Both the position numbers and the translations under genes were made by a program. From Rhodanobacteraceae bacterium (lineage in GTDB: Bacteria > Pseudomonadota > Gammaproteobacteria > Xanthomonadales > Rhodanobacteraceae): 40,294 nucleotides of DNA. The notes under the pieces were generated by a model. It was given only the letters and a program-made list of their open reading frames with translations. It ran no database searches and was not told where the DNA came from. The stretch covers positions 1 through 40,294 of the forward strand of contig DASVDY010000093.1 in NCBI GenBank assembly GCA_036380855.1. The letters run 5' to 3'. Of the stretch, positions 27,501 to 34,479 are shown in pieces; the first letter of the stretch is position 1, and the number at the start of each line of letters is the position of its first letter.

Positions 27501-27737
27501 AAGATCGTACTGGCGCATGAAGGATTCCACCGCGCTCTGGTCGGCCGCCTTGGCGCGCACGCGCGCGACCAGTTCCGCGGCCTGCGCCAGCACCAGCTCG
27601 CTTTGCGCACCCGGCAATTCAGCCTGGTCGAGCAGCGCGGAAACCGCCTGCGTTTCGTCCATGCTCCACGCGGCGGTGATGCGCGCGCGCAGCGGATCGG
27701 CCGAGACGGGCAGTTCGGGTAAAAGGATGTCGGCCAT
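24573..27737 (-). CDS. putA: Bifunctional proline dehydrogenase / L-glutamate-gamma-semialdehyde (P5C) dehydrogenase PutA
   Basis: The start is placed at ATG 27737 (MADILLPELPVSADPLRARI), giving 1054 aa. A PRODH barrel region (AYRYSYDMLGEA, LVKGAYWD) is followed by an ALDH domain (FTGSTETA, ETGGQNA, catalytic Cys context GQRCSA). There is no N-terminal RHH DNA-binding domain. Confidence 0.9.
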   Translation of the reverse strand: MADILLPELPVSADPLRARITAAWSMDETQAVSALLDQAELPGAQSELVLAQAAELVARVRAKAADQSAVESFMRQYDLSSEEGVLLMCVAEALLRIPDRLTADKLIRDKLGEADWKKHLGSSDSLFVNASTWGLMLTGRLVNLADATRRDAAGAFKRLIARAGEPVIRLAVRRAMRIMGHQFVMGRSIEEALDRSAKNGNAAYRYSYDMLGEAALTAPDAQRYFKAYADAIVALGKRGPWADVREAPSISVKLSALHPRYEVAKRERAHVELTDALLQLAQLAKQHGIGMTVDAEEADRLELSLDIVGAVFAAKSLEGWNGFGLAVQAYQKRAPFVIDWLAQTAKAANRRWCVRLVKGAYWDSEIKRAQELGLSGYPVFTRKPNTDVSYLACAKKLLDAGSEWIYPQFATHNAHTISAIHHIANGRPFEYQRLHGMGADLYSEVIGADRWNVPCRVYAPVGSHEDLLPYLVRRLLENGANTSFVNRVIDEAVPVRDLVADPVQIVRAFGAAHGGRYEHPRIPLPVNLYGSLRKNSMGVNLANDDELKALAETVNAPHAPWSAAPLVPGANSNEPERDVTNPADRRVVVGRSRNADAATIERALANAVAAQEGWDTLPAASRAVILERAADLLEQRRGAFVALCVREAGKTIPAAISEVREAADMCRYYAAMARKLFGEPQELPGPTGESNRLYLRGRGVFVCISPWNFPLAIFTGQIAAGLAAGNSVIAKPADQTTLVGHAMVKLLHEAGVPEMVLQFVPCKGSVLGNTLLTRPEIAGVCFTGSTETAWTINRTLAARKAPIAALIAETGGQNALIADSSALPEQLVKDVMASAFDSAGQRCSAARVLFVQEDIADKVIAMLSGAMDELTVGDPALLSTDVGPVIDVPSCSVLNEHAERMGREAKLINQAKLAPGSEHGTFFVPRAYEIPSISVLTQEVFGPALHVVRWKASELDQVIDAINATGFGLTLGIHSRIDETIEHITRRARVGNTYVNRNQIGAVVGVQPFGGENLSGTGPKAGGPHYLLRFATERTVTINTTAAGGNASLLTMAE

Positions 27738-27963
27738 CGAAAGGACCGCGAAGGCGAAAGGGCAAAGCGCGAATTGTAGATCGTCGGCCTGTGTTTTCGC
27801 GAGATGCCGATAGGCATCCCGTGCGCGCTTGCGCGGAGCGTCCGCATGGGCGTGCCCGTCGCGGGAAAACCCGACGCATCGCTCGACGGCAAGCATTTCT
27901 TGCCCGCGGCGGCAACACGGCTTTATGATTGTGCGGTTGTACGGCGCCGTGGAAAGGAACTCC

Positions 27964-28449
27964 ATGATCATGCGTGTGCCGGATGCCGCCGATGCGGGGC
28001 AGGTGACGTTGCTGCTCGCCCCCAACCGGGCGTTGAGTCGCGGCGCGCTGCGCAGATGCAGCGGCGTCCTGGTGCTGGCGGGTGCGGCGGTGGCGCTGAT
28101 GGCCGCGTGGCAGGGCAACGTATTTGCGCCGCTGTTCGCGCTGCTGGAGGCTCCGTGCGTGGTGGCTGGGTTGTGGGTCGCTTGGCAGGCCGGCGAGCGG
28201 CGCGAACGGATCACGCTGGATGCGCACAGCCTGCGCATCGAAGTGGTTCCGCCGCGCGACGGCGCGGTGGCGTTTCCGTCGGCCTGGGTGCGGGTGCGCC
28301 TGCGCGACTGGGGAGGGCATCGGCATGTCCTGCTCGCAGCCTACGGGCGCGAGCGCGAAGTCGGCGCTTTCCTCGGCGACGAGGAACGCCTGGAGTTGTC
28401 CAGGGAGCTTCAATCCGCCCTGGCGGTGTTGACCGGCAGGAAAATGTGA
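27964..28449 (+). CDS. DUF2244-like two-TM membrane protein associated with cytochrome oxidase clusters
   Basis: MIMRVPDAADAGQVTLLLAPNRALS..., with two TM helices (VLVLAGAAVALMAAW, LLEAPCVVAGLWVAW). It lies immediately upstream of coxB. Confidence 0.65.
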   Translation: MIMRVPDAADAGQVTLLLAPNRALSRGALRRCSGVLVLAGAAVALMAAWQGNVFAPLFALLEAPCVVAGLWVAWQAGERRERITLDAHSLRIEVVPPRDGAVAFPSAWVRVRLRDWGGHRHVLLAAYGREREVGAFLGDEERLELSRELQSALAVLTGRKM

Positions 28450-28451
28450 AT

Positions 28452-28633
28452 GGTGCGGCCATGGATGGCCGCTGTTTGATCCTGGCGATCAGGGATGATC
28501 GCAAAGAGACGAGAAGTGCAGACATGGATGTCTGCTTTTTGACCTTGCGATCAGGGATGATCGCAAAAACTCGAAACGGTGCGGCCATGGACGGCGGCTG
28601 TTCGATCTGCGCGATCGGGAAGGTCGCAAAAGG
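28452..28633. repeat. Three tandem 63-bp double-hairpin repeat units (cox-spacer repeat family, short form)
   Basis: Hairpin-a copies are GCGGCC-ATGGAT-GGCCGC (28455-72), GCAGAC-ATGGAT-GTCTGC (28518-35) and a degenerate GCGGCC-ATGGAC-GGCGGC (28581-98). Hairpin-b copies are GCGATC-AGGGAT-GATCGC (28485-502 and 28547-64) and a degenerate third copy (28611-27). Confidence 0.9.
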
Positions 28634-28642
28634 CCACGGGGT

Positions 28643-29554
28643 ATGAATCTGATGAGACCGAGCAACATCCTGCGCGCCGCCGCGACATTCGGCGCATTGC
28701 TGGCATCCACGGCCGTGCTGGCGAACCCGGTGCCCTGGCAGATGAACCTCACGCCCGGCGTGACCGACGAGTCGCACGCGATCTACACGCTGCACATGGC
28801 GGCGTTCTGGGTTTGCGTGGCGATCGGCGTGGTGGTGTTCGGCGCGATGATCATCGCGATGTTCCGCTTCCGCAAATCGCGCGGTGCGGTGGCCGAAACC
28901 TGGAGCCACAACACCAAGCTGGAATTCTTCTGGACCCTGATCCCTGTCTTGATCCTGGTCGGCCTGGCGACGCCGGCCACCATCATGGTCCGCCACATGT
29001 ACGACTCCACCGCATCGGACATGACCATCAAGGTCACCGGCTACCAGTGGAAGTGGCGTTACGACTACGTATCGTACGAAGGCAAGCAGGTCAACAAGGT
29101 CGGCTACATGTCCAAACTGGCCGCCGACAGCAACCGCATCCGCCAGCTCGATTCCGGGCTGGACCCCGGCAGCGTGTCCGACCACGGCTTCAAGGATTAC
29201 CTGCTGGACGTGGACAAGCCGCTGGTGATCCCGGCCGGCCTGAAGGTGCGCTTCGTGGTGACCGGCGGCGACGTGATCCACGGCTTCTGGATCCCGCCGT
29301 TCGGCATCAAGAAGGATGCGATCCCCGGCATCATCAACGACGTGTGGGTGAAGGTGGACAAGCCCGGCATCTATCGCGGCCAGTGCCACGTGCTCTGCGG
29401 CCAGGACCACGGCTTCATGCCGATCGTGGTGAACGTGCTGCCGAAGGCGCAGTTCGAATCCTGGCTGGCCGCGCAGGAATCCAAGGCCGCGCTGGACAAG
29501 GCCGCCCACACCGCGCAGGCCGCATCAGCCGCACCAATCGTTGCTCAACACTGA
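28643..29554 (+). CDS. coxB: Cytochrome c oxidase subunit II (CuA subunit, no fused cytochrome c)
   Basis: It has a signal/TM region, two TM helices, and the cupredoxin domain with CuA ligands DVIHGFWIP and C-H-V-L-C-G-Q-D-H-G-F-M. Confidence 0.9.
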   Translation: MNLMRPSNILRAAATFGALLASTAVLANPVPWQMNLTPGVTDESHAIYTLHMAAFWVCVAIGVVVFGAMIIAMFRFRKSRGAVAETWSHNTKLEFFWTLIPVLILVGLATPATIMVRHMYDSTASDMTIKVTGYQWKWRYDYVSYEGKQVNKVGYMSKLAADSNRIRQLDSGLDPGSVSDHGFKDYLLDVDKPLVIPAGLKVRFVVTGGDVIHGFWIPPFGIKKDAIPGIINDVWVKVDKPGIYRGQCHVLCGQDHGFMPIVVNVLPKAQFESWLAAQESKAALDKAAHTAQAASAAPIVAQH

Positions 29555-29583
29555 TTCGGAGCGTGCTCGCCCTATCTAAAAGC

Positions 29584-29740
29584 GTGGACACGGATGTCCA
29601 CTTTTTGATTTTCGCAATCATGGATGATTGCAGGAACAACCATGCAGCCACGGATGGCTGCTTCTGGAGATAGGCGAAGCGAAGGACTTGCGGATAGTCC
29701 AGTTGTCGGTGGCTTCGGCGATCAGGGACGATCGCACAAA
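29584..29740. repeat. Cox-spacer double-hairpin repeats (2-3 units, same orientation as 28452-28633)
   Basis: Copies seen: GTGGAC-ACGGAT-GTCCAC (29584-601), GCAATC-ATGGAT-GATTGC (29614-31), GCAGCC-ACGGAT-GGCTGC (29644-61), GGACT-TGCGGAT-AGTCC (~29685-701) and GCGATC-AGGGAC-GATCGC (29718-35). Confidence 0.85.
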
Positions 29741-29773
29741 TAAACACGCTCAACGGAGCGACGAGGTTTGAAC

Positions 29774-31393
29774 ATGGCACATGATGCAGCCCTGATGCAC
29801 GACGAGCACCACCACGAAGCGCCCGAAGGCTTCTTCCATCGCTGGGTGATGTCCACCAACCACAAGGACATCGGCACCCTCTACCTGATCTTCTCGCTGA
29901 CGATGTTCTTCGTCGGCGGCGCGTTCGCGATGGGCATCCGCGCCGAGTTGTTCAAGCCCGGCATGCAGTTGATGCAGCCGTACTTCTTCAACGAACTCAC
30001 CACCATGCACGCGCTGGTGATGATCTTCGGCGCGATCATGCCGGCGTTCGTGGGCCTTGCGAACTGGATGGTGCCGATCATGATCGGCGCGCCGGACATG
30101 GCGCTGCCGCGCATGAACAACCTGTCGTTCTGGATCCTGCCGTTCGCGTTCTGCCTGCTGCTCTCGACGTTCTTCATGCCCGGCGGCGCGCCGGCAGCGG
30201 GCTGGACGATGTATCCGCCGCTGGTGCTGCAGGGCGGCGACGCGATCGCCTTCATGATTTTCGCGATCCACCTCATGGGCATCAGCTCGATCATGGGCGC
30301 GATCAACATCATCGCGACCATCCTCAACATGCGCGCACCGGGCATGGACCTGCTGAAGATGCCGCTGTTCTGCTGGTCGTGGCTGATCACCGCGTTCCTG
30401 CTGCTGGCGGTGATGCCGGTGCTGGCCGGTGCGGTGACGATGCTGCTGACCGACAAGTTCTTCGGCACCAGCTTCTTCAACGTCGGCGGCGGCGGCGACC
30501 CGGTGCTGTACCAGCACGTGTTCTGGTTCTTCGGGCACCCCGAGGTCTACATCATGATCCTGCCCGCGTTCGGGCTGATCTCGGAAATCATCCCGACCTT
30601 CGCGCGCAAGCCGATCTTCGGCTACAAGGCGATGGTTTACGCGATCGCCTGCATCGCGTTCCTGTCGTTCATCGTGTGGGCGCACCACATGTTCACGGTG
30701 GGCCTGCCGATCGGCAGCGAGCTGTTCTTCATGTACGCGACCATGCTGATCGCGGTGCCGACCGGCGTGAAGGTGTTCAACTGGGTCACCACGATGTGGC
30801 GCGGCTCGATGACCTTCGAGACACCGATGCTGTGGGCGATCGCGTTCGTGGTGCTGTTCACCATCGGCGGCTTCTCCGGCGTGATGATGGCGCTGGTGCC
30901 GGCCGACTTCCAGTACAACCAGACCTACTTCATCGTCGCCCACTTCCACTACGTGCTGGTGACCGGCGCGGCCTTCGCGATCATCGGCTCGGTCTACTAC
31001 TGGCTGCCGAAGTGGACCGGCAACATGTACAGCGAATTCTGGGGCAAGGTGCATTTCTGGAACAGCGCGATCTGGGTGAACGTGCTGTTCTTCCCGCAGC
31101 ACTTCCTGGGGCTGGCCGGCATGCCGCGCCGCATCCCCGACTACAACGTCGCCTTCGCGGACTTCAACATGGTCTCCTCGATCGGCGGCTTCCTGTTCGG
31201 CGCCTCGCAGCTGATCTTCGTGGGCGTGGTGATCCACTGCGCGTTCTTCTCGAAGAAGCGCGCCCCGGCCAGGGTCTGGGAAGGCGCGCGTGGCCTGGAG
31301 TGGACGCTGTCCTCGCCGCCGCCGCACCACAGCTTCAGCACGCCGCCGGTGATAGACGACAGCGTGTTGGCGCACGGCGACGTGCTTCATTGA
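29774..31393 (+). CDS. ctaD: Cytochrome c oxidase subunit I (A-family heme-copper oxidase)
   Basis: [27 protein letters not shown] (His-Tyr and Glu of the D-pathway), HHMFTVG and VAHFHYVLV are present. ATG 29774 has GAGG 10 nt upstream. Confidence 0.95.
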   Translation: MAHDAALMHDEHHHEAPEGFFHRWVMSTNHKDIGTLYLIFSLTMFFVGGAFAMGIRAELFKPGMQLMQPYFFNELTTMHALVMIFGAIMPAFVGLANWMVPIMIGAPDMALPRMNNLSFWILPFAFCLLLSTFFMPGGAPAAGWTMYPPLVLQGGDAIAFMIFAIHLMGISSIMGAINIIATILNMRAPGMDLLKMPLFCWSWLITAFLLLAVMPVLAGAVTMLLTDKFFGTSFFNVGGGGDPVLYQHVFWFFGHPEVYIMILPAFGLISEIIPTFARKPIFGYKAMVYAIACIAFLSFIVWAHHMFTVGLPIGSELFFMYATMLIAVPTGVKVFNWVTTMWRGSMTFETPMLWAIAFVVLFTIGGFSGVMMALVPADFQYNQTYFIVAHFHYVLVTGAAFAIIGSVYYWLPKWTGNMYSEFWGKVHFWNSAIWVNVLFFPQHFLGLAGMPRRIPDYNVAFADFNMVSSIGGFLFGASQLIFVGVVIHCAFFSKKRAPARVWEGARGLEWTLSSPPPHHSFSTPPVIDDSVLAHGDVLH

Positions 31394-31600
31394 TTTGTGC
31401 GATCTCCATGATCGCTGCCCGACAAACCCTGAGGCATGTCGAACGAGCTTGAATCTGCAAACACCAGAAGCGGCCATCCATGGCCGCGCACTTTCAAATT
31501 TGTGCGATCGTCCATGATCGCTTCCGGTCAAGTCACGAGGCGTGTTGAACGAGCTTGATTTTGCAGACACCAGAAGCGCACATCCATGTGCGCACTTTCG
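31394..31600. repeat. Two tandem 105-bp long-form cox-spacer repeats in inverted orientation
   Basis: GCGATC-TCCAT-GATCGC (31399-415), GCGGCC-ATCCAT-GGCCGC (31470-87), GCGATC-GTCCAT-GATCGC (31504-21) and GCGCAC-ATCCAT-GTGCGC (31576-93). The loops are the reverse complement of the ANGGAT loops in the other spacers. Confidence 0.9.
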
Positions 31601-31617
31601 AACAACAGCATGCTCCG

Positions 31618-31767
31618 ATGCAGCAAGCGGAAATGAATTCAAAGACTGAAAACGATTCAAAGCAGCAGCGCATGGCGCGGCGAACGGCATGGATCCTCGG
31701 CATCATCGCGATTGCGATGTTCGTGCTGAGCATCGTGCAGCAGCTCGCGCTGACGCATCACATTTGA
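31618..31767 (+). CDS. Cytochrome oxidase small assembly protein-like single-TM peptide
   Basis: ...KQQRMARRTAWILGIIAIAMFVLSIVQQLALTHHI is a basic stretch followed by one TM helix. It sits directly after ctaD, where such ~40-50-aa peptides occur in other proteobacterial cox clusters. The start is ATG 31618 or ATG 31633. Confidence 0.5.
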   Translation: MQQAEMNSKTENDSKQQRMARRTAWILGIIAIAMFVLSIVQQLALTHHI

Positions 31768-31798
31768 TGCGCAGGGCGGAATTTTGTTATTGAGGGGC

Positions 31799-31841
31799 GC
31801 GGCCGAAGGCCGTGAAGCTCTGAGTGCGATCCGCTGATCGC
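31799..31841. repeat. Degenerate single cox-spacer double hairpin
   Basis: CGGCC-GAA-GGCCG (31800-12) and GCGATC-CGCT-GATCGC (31826-41), in the same a-then-b order as the 28452 array. Confidence 0.5.
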
Positions 31842-31871
31842 GTTGGACCACCGAAGAACGGGAACCGGAAC

Positions 31872-32738
31872 ATGTCGCAACAAGGCACCTATTACATCCC
31901 GCACGGCAGCCGCTGGCCGATCATTGCCGCGATCGGGCTGTTCCTGTTCATGATCGGCGCGGCCAACTGGCTCAACGGCAACGTCGGCGCCGGCCACGTG
32001 ATCATCGCGATCGGCGCGCTGACCATCATCGGCATGATGATCGGCTGGTTCGGATCGGTGATCCACGAATCCCTGCGCGGCACGTTCAACAGCCAGGTGG
32101 ACGTTTCGTTCCGCATGGGGATGATGTGGTTCATCTTCTCCGAGGTGATGTTCTTCGGTGCGTTCTTCGGCGCGCTGTTCTACACGCGCATGTTCACCAT
32201 CCCGATCCTGGGCGGCGAGGGCAGCGGCGCGCTGACCAACCAGTTCCTGTGGAGCGGCTTTGCGCCCGCCTGGCCGACCAACGGTCCGGCCCACGTCGGT
32301 GGTCCCTTCGGCGTGATGCCGCCCTGGGGCATCCCGCTGGTCAACACCTTGCTGCTGCTGACTTCGAGCGTCACGGTCACCATTGCCCACCACGCGCTGC
32401 GCGCCAACCACCGCGGTCGCCTGCTGCTGTTCCTCGCGCTGACGGTGATGCTGGGCGCAGGCTTCCTCTACATGCAGGGCCACGAGTACTACGAGGCCTA
32501 CACCAACCTCAACCTGACCCTGCACAGCGGCATCTACGGCTCGACGTTCTTCCTGCTGACCGGCTTCCACGGCCTGCACGTGACGCTCGGCACCATCATG
32601 CTGACGATCATCTGGCTGCGCTGCGTGCGTGGCCACTTCAACCGCGAACACCACTTCGGCTTCGAGGCGGTGGCCTGGTACTGGCACTTCGTGGACGTGG
32701 TGTGGCTGTGCCTGTTCCTGTTCGTCTACGTCCTCTGA
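31872..32738 (+). CDS. ctaE: Cytochrome c oxidase subunit III
   Basis: 288 aa with seven hydrophobic helices and conserved FFLLTGFHGLHVTLG and WYWHFVDVVWL. Confidence 0.9.
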   Translation: MSQQGTYYIPHGSRWPIIAAIGLFLFMIGAANWLNGNVGAGHVIIAIGALTIIGMMIGWFGSVIHESLRGTFNSQVDVSFRMGMMWFIFSEVMFFGAFFGALFYTRMFTIPILGGEGSGALTNQFLWSGFAPAWPTNGPAHVGGPFGVMPPWGIPLVNTLLLLTSSVTVTIAHHALRANHRGRLLLFLALTVMLGAGFLYMQGHEYYEAYTNLNLTLHSGIYGSTFFLLTGFHGLHVTLGTIMLTIIWLRCVRGHFNREHHFGFEAVAWYWHFVDVVWLCLFLFVYVL

Positions 32739-32855
32739 CCGCGCGGAGGCTCGCGCTGACGTCGTTGCACGCCCGCTCGCAAATGCTCATTGACTAAGTG
32801 TCAACTCCGCTTTGCTCACGGGCTATGCCTGGTCAGCGCTTCGCCCGCGCGGTCA
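32736..32855. repeat. Nested inverted repeat (long stem-loop) in the convergent ctaE / DUF2909 spacer
   Basis: TGACCGCGCGG...GCGCTGAC (32736-60) is complementary to GTCAGCGC...CCGCGCGGTCA (32832-55). The apical part contains GCAAA/TTTGC and the palindrome TTGAC-TAAGT-GTCAA (about 32790-804). Confidence 0.5.
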
Positions 32856-32905
32856 TAGGCTGAGGCTTAGTTGGGTACTGCGGAGAGAATTACAGCTGCA
32901 GCCGC

Positions 32906-33127
32906 TTACTGGCCGACGCCGTGCGGGTGCAGCCACCCCGCCCAGATCCCCAGCGCGATCAGTCCGATCAGCAACAGGGAGAGTGCGATGCGGCGGGTCA
33001 GCGCCCAGGCCATCTTGCCGCCGTCGCTGGTGCGGTCGGTCATCATGAAGTACAGCGCCTGTCCGAGGTTGTACACGACCACCAGGAACACGATTACCAG
33101 TACGACCTTGAACAGCGTGGGATTCAT
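32906..33127 (-). CDS. Twin transmembrane helix small protein (DUF2909)
   Basis: 73 aa: MNPTLFKVVLVIVFLVVVYNLGQALYFMM...RIALSLLLIGLIALGIWAGWL. It has two TM helices and lies in a cox-cluster context. Confidence 0.75.
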   Translation of the reverse strand: MNPTLFKVVLVIVFLVVVYNLGQALYFMMTDRTSDGGKMAWALTRRIALSLLLIGLIALGIWAGWLHPHGVGQ

Positions 33128-33196
33128 TGCGATGGCCGGCAGAATGGGCGCGGCAATTATAGCGGCGGCGTCAAGCCGGCCCGACGCGCGCGTCCC

Positions 33197-33934
33197 GTGA
33201 TCCGCATCCGCCGCCCCTCGCTGTTCGCCGTTCTGCTGACGCTTGCCGGCATCGCCGCATTCGTTGCGCTCGGGGTCTGGCAACTGCGCCGTGCGCAGGA
33301 GAAGGAAGCCTTGCTCGCGCGCTTCGCGCAGGCCGCGCACGCGGCGGTGCAGCCGTTCGCCGAGGTTGCCGACGCGCCGCCGCAGGCGGTCTATCCGCAT
33401 GTGCGCGTACAAGGTCGCTATGCCGCGCACCGCGTCTACATCCTCGACGACCGCCTTCAAGCGGGTCGCCTTGGCGTGAACGTGTTCGTGCCGTTCCTTC
33501 CGGACCACGGTGGCCGCGAGTTGCTGGTGAACCAGGGCTTCCTGCCACGGGAAGGCCCGCAGGAGGCATTGCCGGACCTGCCGCCGTTGCCCGAAGGCGA
33601 GGTCACGCTGACCGGCCTGTACGCGCCGCCGCCGGCGCCGGGCCTGAAACTGGGAGGCAATCCCTTGACCCACGAGAGCGCGTGGCCCAAATTGCTGACG
33701 TTCATTGACCTGCGCGCGCTCGCCGGCGACCTGCATCAGGCGCTGTACCCGCGCGTGCTGCTGCTGGATCCGAACCCGGCCAGCCCGTATGTCCGCGAAT
33801 GGACGCCCGACGTGATGCCGCCCTCGCGCCACCGCGCCTACGCGCTGCAGTGGTTCTCCTTCGCCGTGGCGGCGCTTGTGATCTTTTTCATCATGCATCG
33901 CGAGCGGCAGGCAACAAAGGGTGGGAGAGAATGA
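33197..33934 (+). CDS. SURF1-family cytochrome oxidase biogenesis protein
   Basis: GTG 33197 is the first in-frame start. The N-terminal TM helix plus GVWQLRRAQEK, then VNQGFLPRE, and the C-terminal HRAYALQWFSFAVAALVIFF are typical of SURF1/Shy1. Confidence 0.8.
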   Translation: MIRIRRPSLFAVLLTLAGIAAFVALGVWQLRRAQEKEALLARFAQAAHAAVQPFAEVADAPPQAVYPHVRVQGRYAAHRVYILDDRLQAGRLGVNVFVPFLPDHGGRELLVNQGFLPREGPQEALPDLPPLPEGEVTLTGLYAPPPAPGLKLGGNPLTHESAWPKLLTFIDLRALAGDLHQALYPRVLLLDPNPASPYVREWTPDVMPPSRHRAYALQWFSFAVAALVIFFIMHRERQATKGGRE

Positions 33935-34479
33935 CATCGCTTCGCCGCCAACGCCTGAAATTCCTGCTGGTGCTGTCGTTGTTCGCGGCGCCGGTGCTGG
34001 TCGGCATCGTGCTGGTCGCGATGGGCTGGATGCCCGGCACCAAGAGCTATGGCCTGCCGATCCTGCCGCAACGCAACCTGGCGAGCGTGCCGGTGCACCT
34101 GCAGAGCGGGCAGCCGTTTGCGTGGCGCGATCGCGCATTCCACTGGACGCTGGTGGCGCTGCCGGGACCCGACTGCGAGGAGCGCTGCATGCGCGCGCTG
34201 GACATGATGCATCGTGCGCGCATCACGTTGAACCAGCATGCGGACCAGTTGCGCCTGCTGTATCTGGGTCCGCCGCCGCAGGGCGATCAGGCCCGCATGC
34301 TGATGCAACCGTGGAGCGTCGGCGGGACTTCTTCGCACGCGTTCGACGACCTGCGTCCCGGCCGGCGCGATTCGGTGGCCGCTGTGCTCGTCATGCCCGA
34401 CGGCGTGGCCCTCACGCATTATCCCGCAGGCTTCGATCCTGATGGTCTCAAGAAAGACATGCAAAAGGTGATCCGATGA
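33931..34479 (+). CDS. Membrane-anchored conserved hypothetical protein with a CxxxC motif (cox-cluster associated)
   Basis: ATGA overlaps occur at both ends (33931-34 with SURF1, 34476-79 with ctaA). There is an N-terminal TM helix (FLLVLSLFAAPVLVGIVLVAMGW) and the motif ALPGPDCEERC. Confidence 0.65.
   Translation: MTSLRRQRLKFLLVLSLFAAPVLVGIVLVAMGWMPGTKSYGLPILPQRNLASVPVHLQSGQPFAWRDRAFHWTLVALPGPDCEERCMRALDMMHRARITLNQHADQLRLLYLGPPPQGDQARMLMQPWSVGGTSSHAFDDLRPGRRDSVAAVLVMPDGVALTHYPAGFDPDGLKKDMQKVIR

Noticed and set aside
28452-28633. CRISPR array (regularly spaced palindromic repeats)
   Set aside because: There are only three units with a 63-bp period, and the 'spacers' are themselves conserved parts of the repeat unit. 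There are no cas genes, and the same element recurs in inverted and long forms in neighbouring spacers. It behaves like a REP/BIME-type element.
29750-31690. 646-aa - strand ORF opposite ctaD, and 30379..31452 + (alternate frame)
   Set aside because: ctaD is unambiguous. The competing frames give Arg/His/Asp/Gly-rich nonsense.
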